From: Macrostomum hystrix
Taxonomy: Eukaryota; Animalia; Platyhelminthes
Assembly: GCA_950097015.1 (NCBI GenBank)
Contig: CATNEN010000002.1
Coordinates: forward strand, 9,114,001-9,178,000
Direction of reading: 5' to 3'
DNA: 64,000 nt
Shown: positions 46,983 through 59,532 of the stretch, in pieces
Position numbering within the stretch: position 1 is the first letter of the stretch
How the letters are laid out: each line of letters starts with the position of its first letter
Translations under genes and position numbers: made by a program
Notes under the pieces: generated by a model
The model's input: only the letters and a program-made list of their open reading frames with translations
The model's database searches: none
What the model was told of the DNA's origin: nothing

Positions 46983-49900
46983 TCACTTTTTGGTCATTCT
47001 ACTCTTGCACGCGGCAAGCATTGAGAAGGCCGGTGCCAGCGGCTTGACTCGAGTTGCCGCGTAAATGTCGCCTGGGTGGGTGCTCAAGTTGAAACGCCAA
47101 TGTGATTTTAATGATTCGCACGGCTTCGCAGCGCTGATGCGACATGGTCGACCTGCATGACGTCAGATGAGTGCGTAAAATGATAAGCAAAATAACGCTA
47201 GATGGCTTTGGTGTAAGTAACGAAATTCAAGGGATCTTAAGTTTTTAATTTCGCTAAACACAAAACAAATGGCGTACCTGACTCAGAACCCGACTCAGTA
47301 TCTGACTCAGTAGAAGAAGCTGTGGCAGACCCAACATCAGGTGGTGCTATTTCTTCGCTAGCATGCATTCCAGTGGAGTCAGCTAAGTTAGAGTTAGTGA
47401 AGAACAACTTATGAAGAATCAATCATGAGGGTCGGTCACTGCGCCATCATTATTTTGCCTATTTTTACAAAATGTATTAGCTAAAATCTTATTAACTCTT
47501 AATACGTTCCCGACACTTAAATCGATGCTCAACTACTCGGCACAACAGACCGCTAAAGATAAAAGTACACGCTTTATAAATGCATAAATAAATTTAGACT
47601 TTAGAACAAGCAAGAAGACTTCTTATTTTTACTTAGTGCCTGTTCGTATAGGTTGTAAAACTGTCATGCTATTAGACAGCCAACGTCTACAAGTAATGCA
47701 GATATGCACATATCCACGCGGATTAACATGTTTGCACCTTATTGCAAGCATTAATGCTGCAATAATTGTCCCTAGAATTACTCTTATTTTTATCAATAGA
47801 CTTCACACTGCTGCGGATTATTTTTTGTTGAGAATCATATCTTGTTCTTCCGATAAAACCGGAAAGTGTAAATTTCACACCTGCCTTAAGTTTGAGCCTA
47901 AGTAATTTGCTATCAGATTTTAAGATTTAATTCACTTCTTACTGTTTTTTACCTTTAGCTTTAATAGATGTCGCCGATGCTGATTCAGCAGGTGCCGAAT
48001 TAGATAAGCTCTCAGTTAGAGGAGAGATAAAAGAAATAAGGTCCTTCGGCGGTTCATTTATCACAGGGGTCACATCTACAACATGTGAAATACGAGAATG
48101 CTCTTATAGTGTAAGAGTTAATGGCGATCGAGAAACGTGTTAAAACTTTTCGCTTAGATTCTCTTGGACAATAAAGGATCGAAACGTAAGCAGTAATTTA
48201 ACTCACCATTACTTTCTGGCGAGCAGGTTTCTAAATCTGGCAGAAATTCCACAGCCGTGGTTGGAAAGCTTTCCCAATACGATGTATCCATCGGGGTCAA
48301 TCTACTAGGCCGGCAATCTGTTTCAGTGCCGATGGGAGGTACATTGGTACGATCTGAAGTTTCTGCCTGATTAGACGCCCTTGCAATTGCATTCGACTGC
48401 TTAGCAGAAAGCATCGGATGTGCCTTTCGCCTAGAGCATTTTATCGTTCCTGGGGTTAACCTCCTGTCCTCAGGAGTATCAAGATCTAAATAAAATTCTG
48501 GTACCTGATCTGAAGTATGCTGTTGAGCATCAATCTGATGCACAGAAAAATCGCAGTGGATTAAACCTTCAGTAGCAGTCTTTTCGACATCTTCACATAA
48601 GGAATCTAGCTCGGACTCTCGTAGGACGGATTGGCTGTGCGGACTGTTGGCTGTGAGCCCAGTGTGGTTACTTTCTATTAAGTCCTTGGGTTCTTTTCGA
48701 TGTTTTACTATTCTCTTAACTTGCGTTCCTGCATTGATAAGAACTTGCGATTCAGCCTCGCTCTGTTCTTCGAGACACGTGGCCTCAGCTTCATCTGAGT
48801 CGCTTTTGTAAGATCGCTCTATGGTATTGCCAGTCGACTCATTGCGAATGGAATCGAAGAGGCACTTTACAATGAAGTCGACCTCGAGTACATCGCTGTA
48901 GCCGCTTACAGAAGCCGTAACAGATCGTTCGAATGAATCTCTAAGGAACGGGTTGATGATTCGGCTCGCTAGAGTTCCATTTTCCAGCCTCAAAATATTA
49001 ATAGTATTTTGATAGAGCCGTCTGAAGTGCTTTTCGGGTAGATTTATCGATTCACAAAGTTCTGACAGCAGAACATACGGTCTTAAATTTGGTGAATCTG
49101 GTGATTGAAGAACGAAAATCGAGGGCAATTTTCTCTGGCATACCACAGGCTCGTGTGTTTCTGGTTCACTGCCGGGGCTGTTACATTGGTGCGAATCCAA
49201 TGTGCTACGAATATAGCTTTGAACTTCATAAGATGTTTTAATTTCGGAAATTGTCCTGCCATTTTTATCCTTAGCTATCAAATCTGCACCGAAATCAACA
49301 AGCAGCTTGACTAATGAAAGATTCGATCTAATCACCGCTTCATACAATGGAGTGGAGCCACTGTCGCCACCGCACTCATTTGGTGATGCACCTGCCTGCA
49401 ATAACAGTTCAGCAGCGTCATAGTTTCCGACACTGCAGGCAATGTGCAATGGTGTGAAATCGGCATTGTCTCGACAGGAAAGCATGTTTCGCGTTTTAAA
49501 AACATTTACTGCGTGTTGCAGAGTTGGTTTGTGAAATGATCCCATCGCAATGTGCAGAGAAGACCGCCCCACATGATCGACAGTTGGTGTTCCATCTTTA
49601 TCAAAAGAAGCAGCAACAACAGGGTCAAGTGAAGACACGGTGGATTGGAACTGAATAGAAGCAGTAGTTCTTTTGTTGATTGTCGGCCGTCGAATTTTGG
49701 TTGAATGGAACGTCATCAATAGTGATTTTTGCTTTTTAGACTGCCTTCGTAGGGCTGAATTTCTTTTGTCCTTGTACTTGCGAATTCGACCGTGACAGGA
49801 CAGCACGCGAGATGGTGATCGGGACTGTTGCAGTGGTCCTTGAAGATGGATACCTTCAATCGATCGAATTCTGAATTGGTTTTTTTCAAGTCTGCTACAC

Positions 49901-50238
49901 AGATCTAAAACTTTACGCCTTTCGCGCTTCTCAGGAATGTTCAGGAAAGCACAGTAGCCATTAGAATCTGAAAGGCGCTTTAACTCCTGCAGCCGAGATT
50001 TCTGAATTGTTATTTCTGAAGACTGCATCTGCACTGACACTGCAGCAGCACCTTGTGTCGTTAGTTCAGCACCTGAAAGCAAAGCAGATTTTATCGGTGT
50101 TTCTGATTCTGTTGTTCTTGAAGGTTGACGATGTGATGACACAGTAAGATCTGACATACTGAAAGAATCTAGATATTGGGCAGACTGCTTATCATGTGAG
50201 CTCACAGAATTTAGTGACCTGACATCATCAGGATTCAT
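46983..50238 (-). CDS. BCOR: Ankyrin-repeat + PUFD-like protein (BCOR/BCORL1-like), 4 exons, about 818 aa from the first in-frame ATG
   Basis: Exons 50238-48207, 48102-47953, 47382-47278, 47152-46983; all introns phase 1, GT-AG; total 2457 nt. Ankyrins CRDNADFTPLHIAC..LLLQAGA..TPLYEAV..VKLLVDFGAD..KNGRTI. Segment KLPSIFVLQ..RPYVLLSELCESINLPEKHFRRLYQNTINIL aligns by eye to BCOR PUFD ([39 protein letters not shown], from memory). The 5' end is uncertain. Confidence 0.6.
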
Positions 50239-51454
50239 GTTTTCAGAAGTACAATGCTCATAAACAGATTCCAATGACAAACAACAACTATTACAGTATA
50301 CTTTAGTAGAATTCAAACTTAGTTTCAATATGAAACAGTTTCGAGGACTTTTTTAATGTCTGATGAGGCTGTATCTAGTGTTTTTAAACTACCTGCATCT
50401 AAATTTTGTTAAAAGGTAGCCATGCAGTCTTTTAACTTAAAATCAAGCTTATGTTAAGTAACTTATATTAAGTTCTACACAGTATTCACCTAGCTAATCT
50501 TTGATAATATGACAAAAATGATAAAAAATCATATAATGACTGCTGCCTCCATTTGCAAGCTACTCATAAATGAGATATATTTCTTACTAATCATATAGCA
50601 AATTTAGATTGATTTAAGCATGATTTTTAGTCTAGCTACTTTTGCTTATGGTTGACTGTGAATAAAAAACCCTTTTGACTTATAACTAGCGCCTACTACT
50701 ACTAGGCATAGGGGCATTCATTATCATGGATTAGCAACTAACCTATCAGAAATGACAACTTATAATAGCTAGATATATTTGTTTTATAAAGATGAAGTTT
50801 CATTTAAATAAATAGTTTGTTAGCTACTTAGCATAAGCCTAAAGCTTTTTTTAGTCCAACAAAAAAAAATTTGTGGTCTTTTTTTTCTATACTAAAAATG
50901 AAAATCTTGCTTGTGGGTTTAAGACAAGAAAAAAAACGACTGAACCAATTTACAATATTCTTTTGACAAAAGATGCCAAATTTTCCAACAATGGTACACA
51001 ACATTTTGCTTGGAAATTACTTTATTCTAAATGGGATAAGGTTCCAAAAACACACTTTTTGCCCATTTTTTCAAAGGTCAAACCATCTTGGCCTATTGAG
51101 AATTTCTTTGACTGTGCAACACCCCCTAGCTAACTGAGTTAGAAGCATGCACAATTTAAATAAATGTACACAACCTAAGTGTACTCTATTTGTACAAAGC
51201 CAGAACTTTGAGAATTCATTTTATAAGGCTAATTTTTGCATCCACAATCCAACAGTTGGAGTAGGGCCAATGTGTAGGCACTAGGAATAGGTTAGGGGCC
51301 TAGGTTAGGCTAGGCAAAGTGTCCCTGGTTCGACTATGCACAAAGTCAAATCTTTAAACTAATTGTCAGTCAGTAGTGATGTAAAGCAAAATTTTTCAAT
51401 TTAATTTTGAAAATAAAGTGGAAACTTTTAATTCACTTTTGCATGGCAAAACAA

Positions 51455-52125
51455 GAGTTTGAATCATGGCAAAACCAGAGTTTGAATCATGGCAAAACCA
51501 GAGTTTGAATCATGGCTAAACCAGAGTTTGAATCATGGCAAAACCAGAGTTTGAATCATGGCTAAACCAGTTTGAATCATGGCTAAACCAGAGTTTGAAT
51601 CATGGCTAAACCAGAGTTTGAATCATAGCCTACCAGAGCTTGAATCATGGCAAAACCAGAGTTTGAATCATGGCAAAACCAGAGTTTGAATCATGGCTAA
51701 ACCAGAGTTTGAATCATGGCAAAACCAGAGTTTGAATCATGGCTAAACCAGTTTGAATCATGGCTAAACCAGAGTTTGAATCATGGCTAAACCAGAGTTT
51801 GAATCATAGCCTACCAGAGCTTGAATCATGGCAAAACCAGAGCTTGAATCATAGCCAACCAGAGTTTGAATCATGGCTAAACCAGAGTTTGAATCATGGC
51901 AAAACGAGAGTTTGAATCATGGCTAAACTAGAGTTTGAATCATGGCTAAACCAGTTTGAATCATGGCTAAACCAGAGTTTGAATCATGGCTAAACCAGAG
52001 TTTGAATCATAGCCTACCAGAGCTTGAATCATGGCAAAACCAGAGTTTGAATCATAGCCCACCAGAGTTTCAATCATGGCAAAACCAGAGTGTGAATCAT
52101 GACTAAACATAAGTTTGAATCATAG
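51455..52125. repeat. Minisatellite, 23-bp unit (21-bp variants), about 29 copies
   Basis: TTGAATCATGGCAAAACCAGAGT. Confidence 0.95.
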
Positions 52126-52299
52126 CAATTTTTTTCTATTGTTATTAAATTGAATTCTCTATATTTATATTTTGTAATGTAGATTTTATAATATCATAAT
52201 GATTCTGAATTATAATTATAATAAATTTGCCTAATATTCATTAAATTCTTCTTCATCTCAATTTTCTATAAAAACCGCAAATATAAAAATTCAACTAGG

Positions 52300-52525
52300 G
52301 AACATTGTCAACTGGGGAATCATTAGGCCCTATCAAATGGGGGATCATGGTAAACTGGGGGATTATTGCCTACTAGGGGATCATTGTCAACTGAGGGATC
52401 ATCAAATGGTGGATAATTGTAAACTGGGGGATCATTGTCAACTGGGTGATCATTGTCAACTGGGGATCATTGTCAACTGTGGGATCATTGTCAACTGTGT
52501 TATCATTGTCAACTGGGGGATCATT
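52300..52525. repeat. Degenerate minisatellite, about 17-18-bp unit
   Basis: GGGGATCATTGTCAACT. Confidence 0.85.
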
Positions 52526-53447
52526 GTATTCAGTATTTGTAGCTTAAAAAAGCAGAAAATACAGCTGCTAAAAATTATACACTAGACAAATTAAAAATAC
52601 TTCTGCTCCCCGAAGGGGGGCAAAACTTGCTAGTTCTTAGCTAAAATTAAAATGAAAGAATTACTTTCTCATGAAAAAAATATAATAGTGAGTAGGCCTA
52701 TTGTAGAATTATAGGATATAAAAATAAAGAAGCCATTGAAATTTTGTCATAGTAAGTAATACTAATATATGTTAAAAGGCACAAAATTAACCTTATTAAT
52801 TAAATTTAAAACCAAAAACATGATTTCATAGCAATCTGCTCTAGCTTGACAACCATTCAAGCCTATTAATAAGAACTTGGTGTGTTTTATCATATACATA
52901 AGAGGATTATTGTGTTGGTCATTTATGTAAAGATATTAAAAAGCTAAAGAAGAAAGCTGTAACCCTTAGATCATCAGAAACGTTGAATAAGCGGACTGTA
53001 AGACTATAAGCAGAGCAGCCTAAAGCCTAACTATCTTAATAAGAATATATAATTCTCAGATTGTTATAAAAAATACCTTAAATTGGTCATAGTATAAAAA
53101 CCAATTGGAATTTAATGCGCTACCATTAAGAGCTAGGTACACGTATTTTTCACTCACAAGTTCGAGAAGCAGTTTGAAGTCAAATTAGTCATGAGTCCTG
53201 AGCATATGTAACCCAATATTAGAATTTAAATTGCCGCCAAAAAAGAATATTTCCCATTACCATATTTGTTTAAAAGCTGCATCAATCAATATTGATACCA
53301 CAAAATCAATATATACGTATTTATGTACTTTATTTTACTTTTTGTATTTATTTATAGTTATATATATTCTATTATTATCACTCAAGATCTTCCTGGACAT
53401 GCAAGCCTTACTTTAAAAAACCCTAGTCTTCTTGTCAGCCTCAGCAT

Positions 53448-54056
53448 CTAGATTAGATTTAGATTGTGAGTTCTGCTTTGTATTTAGATTAGTTGGATAT
53501 TGTTATTAGCACTATACACCGGCACTGAGATGAGCGAGCCCTGTCCTCGAACCAAAAAGAACTTTGTACCTACCCAAGACCAAAGGGTCCCTAAACACAA
53601 ATACTGCGGTAGATCAAGTACGTGTCGGCTATTAGGCAACTGTGACCCGCGGGGAACCCCAATTCCTGCAAAAAATAACTCCATCATGGGCCATCATTAG
53701 CCTTGGGGTTTCCTTCAATCACCCTCACCTTCATCATTCGATGACACTAGACCCGCAGCCAGCGAAGAGGCAATTCTGCCCATTTCGCTGACTCTTGAGC
53801 ACACATGCACAACCCACAGATACCGTACGCAGGCAGCACATGCTCACACAGGTGTGTACATCTGCCTGGCAGTGTGTGCACTAGCTCTTACTGTGCCTTG
53901 GAGGTTGGTCCTCAAAAGCGTAAAATTGACAAGCGCCCAAGACTTCTCTCCGCGGCTGCGCCCCAAACAAATGTGGCCTCGCCGCGGAATCGACCTCATG
54001 CCGTGCAGGGACCTTGGTGCGAGAGGCAAACGCAATAACCCGCTCTGCCACTGGTT
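53448..54056 (-). mobile_element. Candidate tRNA-derived SINE (about 600 bp) with (AATCT)n-like tail
   Basis: Minus strand: A-box TGGCAGAGCGGG (about 54051), B-box-like GGTCGATTCC (53995-53986), GC-richer body, tail AATCTAAATCTAATCTA at about 53465-53448; no TSD found. Confidence 0.45.
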
Positions 54057-54579
54057 GATTTCCCCCTACATGTATTTATTGTTATTGGTTAACTAATAAT
54101 AAATTTGAAGCAGAGTAATCATCTAGGCTATGATACAATTATTAAAGATTTTTATAAGCTTTTACGGTAAAGAAAATAATTTACTGAGCGAACGTGTTAT
54201 TCTCTGCTGAAGGAGACGTTATGGTTGTCTGCAGTGGGGAGAGACATTTTAGAGAGGAAATCGAGTTCTCTGCTGCTTTGAAAATACTTTTTTCGTCAAC
54301 AAACGAAATGAAAGAATCATACCACAGATGTGGGCACTGTATATACAAATGCAATCATTTTCAAATTTAAGTCAGAATGGTTTGTAAAAAAGTGTCCGCG
54401 AGTGACCTTTGGAAAAAGCATTCTTTCGAACATTTAATCTGCTTATTTAGCATGGTTAAGCTACGCATTACTCAAAAGATGTGTATATCGCCTTGAGAAA
54501 ATTTGTGATCGAATTGTGCACGTTTGGTAAATATCTATAATACCCATTTTCAATATAAAAAATCGTCTTCTGAATCCGA

Positions 54580-55140
54580 TCGAAAGAAGCGCGGACCCCT
54601 TCAAGCAGCAGGATGTCTGTACTTTGGGTGAGGGACAGGAGAGCGAAGCGCCGCTGATAATCCAAGGAGACGTGTCTCGGCAATGACTCGGACTTTAGTC
54701 TCTCTGAGACTCGAAGATGATAGTCGGACTGGCCCGCTTGTGTCGAGGGGAGGGGCTCTGGGAATCGTGGACTATCTCGGATCTCGTCTCACGTACGAAC
54801 AACTGGCTGAAGGCCAGAGGCTTCAACAGACACGAGGGCGCCTAGAATGAAGCCTATAAAAGCTTTCTTCGAAAGAAGCGCGGACCCCTTCAAGCAGCAG
54901 GATGTCTGTACTTTGGGTGAGGGACAGGAGAGCGAAGCGCCGCTGATAATCCAAGGAGACGTGTCTCGGCAATGACTCGGACTTTAGTCTCTCTGAGACT
55001 CGAAGATGATAGTCGGACTGGCCCGCTTGTGTCGAGGGGAGGGGCTCTGGGAATCGTGGACTATCTCGGATCTCGTCTCACGTACGAACAACTGGCTGAA
55101 GGCCAGAGGCTTCAACAGACACGAGGGCGCCTAGAATGAA
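54580..55140. repeat. Direct duplication of a 272-bp GC-rich segment with a 17-bp spacer
   Basis: 54580-54851 appears identical to 54869-55140 (offset 289); spacer GCCTATAAAAGCTTTCT. Confidence 0.93.
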
Positions 55141-55419
55141 TGCGGCCCGCATAGAAAGAATAAGTTTCTGTATTGCTTTTTATGACTCTATAACAATGGC
55201 TTTTTTTGTTTTAACGCATGTTATCTGCTACCTATATCACTCATATAGGTAAACGGAACCGAACGGAAAACGGAGACAAGATGCAGCAGATGCTTCTTCT
55301 CAAATGCCGCCTCAGCGACCGTCAGCCAGTGTTTTTGTTTGTATAATTTATGGGGCTCCCCTAGGCGCCAATAATGCAAAATAATGCATTTAGCAATGCA
55401 TGAATAATGCATTGTAATG

Positions 55420-55870
55420 TATTAATAATACATTATAATCTATTAATAATACATTATAATCCATTAATAATACATTATAATCTATTAATAATACATTATA
55501 ATCTATTAATAATACATTATAATCTATTGATAATACATTATAATCTATTAATAATACATTATAATCTATTAATAATACATTATAATCTATTAATAATACA
55601 TTATAATCTATTAATAATACATTATAATCTATTAATAATACATTATAATCTATTAATAATACATTATAATCTATTAATAATACATTATAATCTATTAATA
55701 ATACATTATAATCTATTAATAATACATTATAATCTATTAATAATACATTATAATCTATTAATAATACATTATAATCTATTAATAATGCATTATAATATAT
55801 TGTAGTGCATTATAATCTAGCAATAATGCATTATAATCTATAAATAATCCATTATAATCAATGCATTATA
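55420..55870. repeat. AT-rich minisatellite, 21-bp unit, about 19 clean copies plus degenerate flanks
   Basis: TAATACATTATAATCTATTAA. Confidence 0.96.
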
Positions 55871-57030
55871 ATTTTTATCGAAAGGCGGAATTGTTTAGGC
55901 CACTTACTTACAAGAAGCTTGACTTCAATTTCAAGGGTCTAGTGTCAAGTGCATGCCTAAATACATATGCAAGCTTCTAACCGTCTTTGCTAATAATTGT
56001 ACTTAGCTTGTCAGTTACGTAAATCCCATGTCAGAGCATTACACTAGATATTAAAATTCAGATATTTATGCCTAGACATGCACTTCTAAATAATATAAAA
56101 CATATGAAAAAGAACCGGATCATTCTACTTCCATCTATACATGTTTAGTTCAGCAGACTATGATGCTGGAGGACACAAAATCAGTGATTAACAGTGATAT
56201 GTTTGTTGGCACTTATTCATGTATAATTGTATATAATATAATATTATTGTGATTATATAAATACATTAATGTGATTATCATTGAAGAGAAAATTAAAAAA
56301 AGTTCAATCAAAATGAATATTACACATAAAAGCAACTAGCGCTTGCATGGGAAAACCTGATTACTTCAGTAATCATTGCTGCCAAGAGTCACATTTGCAT
56401 AAAGTGAAAATGCAGTCACTGATGCTAAATTGCAAGTGTAAGCAGCTTAGACAAAGTTAGTTTACAACGATTGTACATCGCATGGTTTCAATATATAGAA
56501 ATTTGAGGAAATTATGAGAATTTATAGAACATGTAGCACAAAATTTCCTTTACTTAAGTAAACAGGCAATTTAAAACATTTTTTTCTATGATTCAGCTGC
56601 TAAAGCAACAAAGGACCAACGGAAAAATTAACTTAAAATAACTATACACGCAAAAAGTAAATGCAGCCTGATTGCACGAAGCAGTTAAGAATGAACGTAT
56701 ACGCTTGCAGAATATTTCAGGAATATTTCAGCCCTGAAACAAAATGCATAAAAAGGACAACGAAAGTAGCACATGAGCGCATGGAAGGATTTTGAGTATC
56801 AACACATTTTTTTCTCTGAATATACAGAAAAATGCACGTGAAAACAGAGCACCTAAATAAATTGCATGATTAGCAATATATAAAAATAGCCTGATATTAG
56901 AGTACGAGATGATCGCAGAACAGACACATGGACTTCAATTGATAATTGAGATATTTGAGAAATTGAGTATTGTGAGCGAATGCAGAAAAATAGGACCGGA
57001 GAAATAAAGAAACAGTCTTCAATGCACCAC

Positions 57031-59532
57031 CTAGTCATGCTCGCTCTCTTCCAACATAGGTACCAGAGAAAAAAAACTACCTACACCACGCAGATGATTG
57101 AGATCAATCTTTATGCAGCGCGACTGAATCATTGAAGACGGAAACCATTCAATCCCATCATTGCGGGCATTTCTGTTGAACATTTCGTAGCGCAGCGACG
57201 GCTTGGAACGAGCTGCTGCTAGAACTGGCCGAGTAAACAGCGGGAAGAGGACACTTTGAAGCGTTCCCACTGAGTCTAGTATTAATCCTAGAAAACTCTG
57301 GCCACCTGGACAGACTTCCCTGATCAGAGAAAAGCGACCATCCTTCAGGTAGACGAACGAGGAGCATGTCTTGAAGTTGGTCTCGTGCCCATGTGCGAAG
57401 ACTGCTTGTCCATTTACCACTATGCAGTCCCTTGGTAGCGATGTATCAGCGATTGCAGATGTAAATGCCTCGTAAGCGGTGAATTCAGAGTGTTGAAAGG
57501 AATTAACCAATGAACTGTACCAAAAAAAACGCTCGGCAATCTGCTCGGCTTGATAGCGAGTACCAGAAAACATGTGCTTGAAATGCAGCATCGCACCTTC
57601 GAATGGAAACATTGAGTAAGAAGATATTGGTCCAAACTCGCGGCACTGATTCCCCATGTGCTCCAACAGATGGAAGTTCAATCGATGTACCTCCTCTGAA
57701 AAGACTTCAGCTGCACTCTCCATGAAAGCAGTGGTGAGCAACTGAACCTGCTCAAATCCGGCATTGCTGTACATGAAATGGTAGACTGCGATTAGGCAGA
57801 AAATGAGCTCCCGGTGTAAACCATTCTGTTGAGCCAGCAGCAAAGGAATCCACAAGTACAGGGAAAACAACTTAAAATCCTTCGCCTTCCAGAGACTCAA
57901 TCTTGCCAGGGTAGGCGGCCGATGAATTCCATGTGGAAACTTTAGATTTTCAAGCAATGAATCAACAACTTCGCGAACAGAACGACCGATGAAAAACTCC
58001 TCGTGGCGGTTCTTGCCGTCAGTTGACATTGTTAGCAGAAGCTTGACCTGGCCCTCGAAAAATGCATGCATTCCGTCAATTATGAAGTTTGCTGGGAAAC
58101 TGATACGCTTACACAGCGGTGACACTCCAGTTACGCCAAAAATGCTCTTTAGGCCCGACTGTTCAAGGAAGCGCACACATTCGAGATGAAATGCAGTTGT
58201 TCGGAGCGGACACTGGGAATTTGGGGCAAACACCCAGAGCCCAGTTCGCAGACTTTTGCCAGGGTTGAGGCACTTAGGACAGGAGAATTCTCCATTGAAC
58301 TGCTTTATGCAGAACAGTGAGGCGAGAGCTGGGAGATCACTTACAATGAAAGAGAAATGCAGGTGCACTGAAAATCTGCCATATTCAACCAGTGTAGGCA
58401 GCTTGTTGAGAATTGCAGGCAGACATTGGCGAAAGTTGGGCTTCTGTTTAGCGGAAACCAGTGCAAGCAAAATGATGTTTCGAAACAATTTCCTCTTGCC
58501 AGGAGGAAGATTCAGAAGGATTGCTGTCAGAGGCCATATCTGCACGTCAGAATTTTCCCAAAATGAAGCTCCATCTGCATTAAGCAAAAAATACATGTGT
58601 AGGTTAGTACCAGAGCTTCGCTCGAGGTTTTCTGCTACATCGGAGTTAAGGACATCAGTGTACATGCCACTGCTCATCTCGCGCTCGTACTCCAAAAGCA
58701 CCTCCAACTGTGAGTCCAAGATGTTCTCGATCTGGCCTTGCACATTCGTAATCACGACGGTAGTGGCCAAGTCTTCATGTTCACGGCAGCCAGCCTTTTC
58801 ACAAACCAGACACAGACGAGCAGAGGTAAATGAATGACAGAAGAAATTTTTCACTCGCGTTTTCATTTGCTTTGCAGACTTTGGCAAATTTCTATCCGGA
58901 ATGTGGCTTAGGAGGAGGAGTAGTCGATTCATAGCAGCATCGCTACAGTTCTCGTTAAGCTGCCACAGCCGCAAAAGAGAAGCAACGGTGCACTCGTCTT
59001 CAAGTGAATGCTGCAGAATGAGATGCCTCTCTTGAAAAACAGAGAGTGGCAGGAGTGGCTCTGCTGCTCCTTGGGCTGACACCGTTGAATGCAATCGTTG
59101 AGATGTCATTGGCACTGAGGCACCAGCAGACGCATGGTCAGATGACGACGACGATGACGACAGGGCCGATCCTGTCGCCGATGACACAGAGGCACTGGCC
59201 GATCCTGTCGCCGATGACACAGAGGCCCTGGCCGATCCTGTCGCCGATGACACAGAGGCACTGGCCGATCCTGTCGCCGATGACACAGAGGCACTGGCCG
59301 ATCCTGTCGCCGATGACACAGAGGCACTAGCCGATCCTGTCGCCGATGACACAGAGGCACTAGCCGATCCTGTCGCCGATGACACAGAGGCACTAGCCGA
59401 TCCTGTCGCCGATGACACAGAGGCACTAGCCGATCCTGTTGCCGATGACACAGAGGCACTGGCCGATCCTGTCGCCGATGACACAGAGGCACTGGCCGAT
59501 CCTGTCGCCGATGTCTTCTGGATGTGCTGCAT
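57031..59532 (-). CDS. CACTA/EnSpm (CMC superfamily) DDE transposase, 833 aa from ATG 59532, intact
   Basis: LNADG (D), IWPL..LLNLPPGKR..RNIILL, IVSDLPA (D), NGEFSCPKC, IDGMHAFFEG (DxxH), LWKAKDF, HLLEHM..FGPISSYSMFPFEG (E); ATG in GCCACCATG context directly after a polypyrimidine-CAG acceptor. Confidence 0.9.
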   Translation of the reverse strand: MQHIQKTSATGSASASVSSATGSASASVSSATGSASASVSSATGSASASVSSATGSASASVSSATGSASASVSSATGSASASVSSATGSASASVSSATGSARASVSSATGSASASVSSATGSALSSSSSSSDHASAGASVPMTSQRLHSTVSAQGAAEPLLPLSVFQERHLILQHSLEDECTVASLLRLWQLNENCSDAAMNRLLLLLSHIPDRNLPKSAKQMKTRVKNFFCHSFTSARLCLVCEKAGCREHEDLATTVVITNVQGQIENILDSQLEVLLEYEREMSSGMYTDVLNSDVAENLERSSGTNLHMYFLLNADGASFWENSDVQIWPLTAILLNLPPGKRKLFRNIILLALVSAKQKPNFRQCLPAILNKLPTLVEYGRFSVHLHFSFIVSDLPALASLFCIKQFNGEFSCPKCLNPGKSLRTGLWVFAPNSQCPLRTTAFHLECVRFLEQSGLKSIFGVTGVSPLCKRISFPANFIIDGMHAFFEGQVKLLLTMSTDGKNRHEEFFIGRSVREVVDSLLENLKFPHGIHRPPTLARLSLWKAKDFKLFSLYLWIPLLLAQQNGLHRELIFCLIAVYHFMYSNAGFEQVQLLTTAFMESAAEVFSEEVHRLNFHLLEHMGNQCREFGPISSYSMFPFEGAMLHFKHMFSGTRYQAEQIAERFFWYSSLVNSFQHSEFTAYEAFTSAIADTSLPRDCIVVNGQAVFAHGHETNFKTCSSFVYLKDGRFSLIREVCPGGQSFLGLILDSVGTLQSVLFPLFTRPVLAAARSKPSLRYEMFNRNARNDGIEWFPSSMIQSRCIKIDLNHLRGVGSFFSLVPMLEESEHD
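59160..59515 (-). repeat. In-frame 33-bp coding minisatellite (SATGSASASVS, about 11 copies) at the transposase N-terminus
   Basis: GGCACTGGCCGATCCTGTCGCCGATGACACAGA on the + strand; the frame stays open through the array. Confidence 0.95.

Noticed and set aside
48154-48206. ORF-track C-terminus of the ankyrin protein (ELNYCLRFDPLLSKRI)
   Set aside because: A consensus donor G|GTGAGT at 48206 and three phase-matched downstream exons make this more likely intronic
51455-52125. Relationship between this 23-bp unit and the intron 1 30-bp unit
   Set aside because: Shared short words (AATCATG, AAACCAGA) lie in inconsistent orientations; probably coincidence
2256-55870. Regular repeat arrays as possible CRISPR loci
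   Set aside because: Units are head-to-tail with no unique spacers, no cas genes are present, and the context is eukaryotic
56042-56047. CACTAG as the CACTA element terminus
   Set aside because: An isolated 6-mer with no adjacent subterminal repeats and no visible partner; expected by chance
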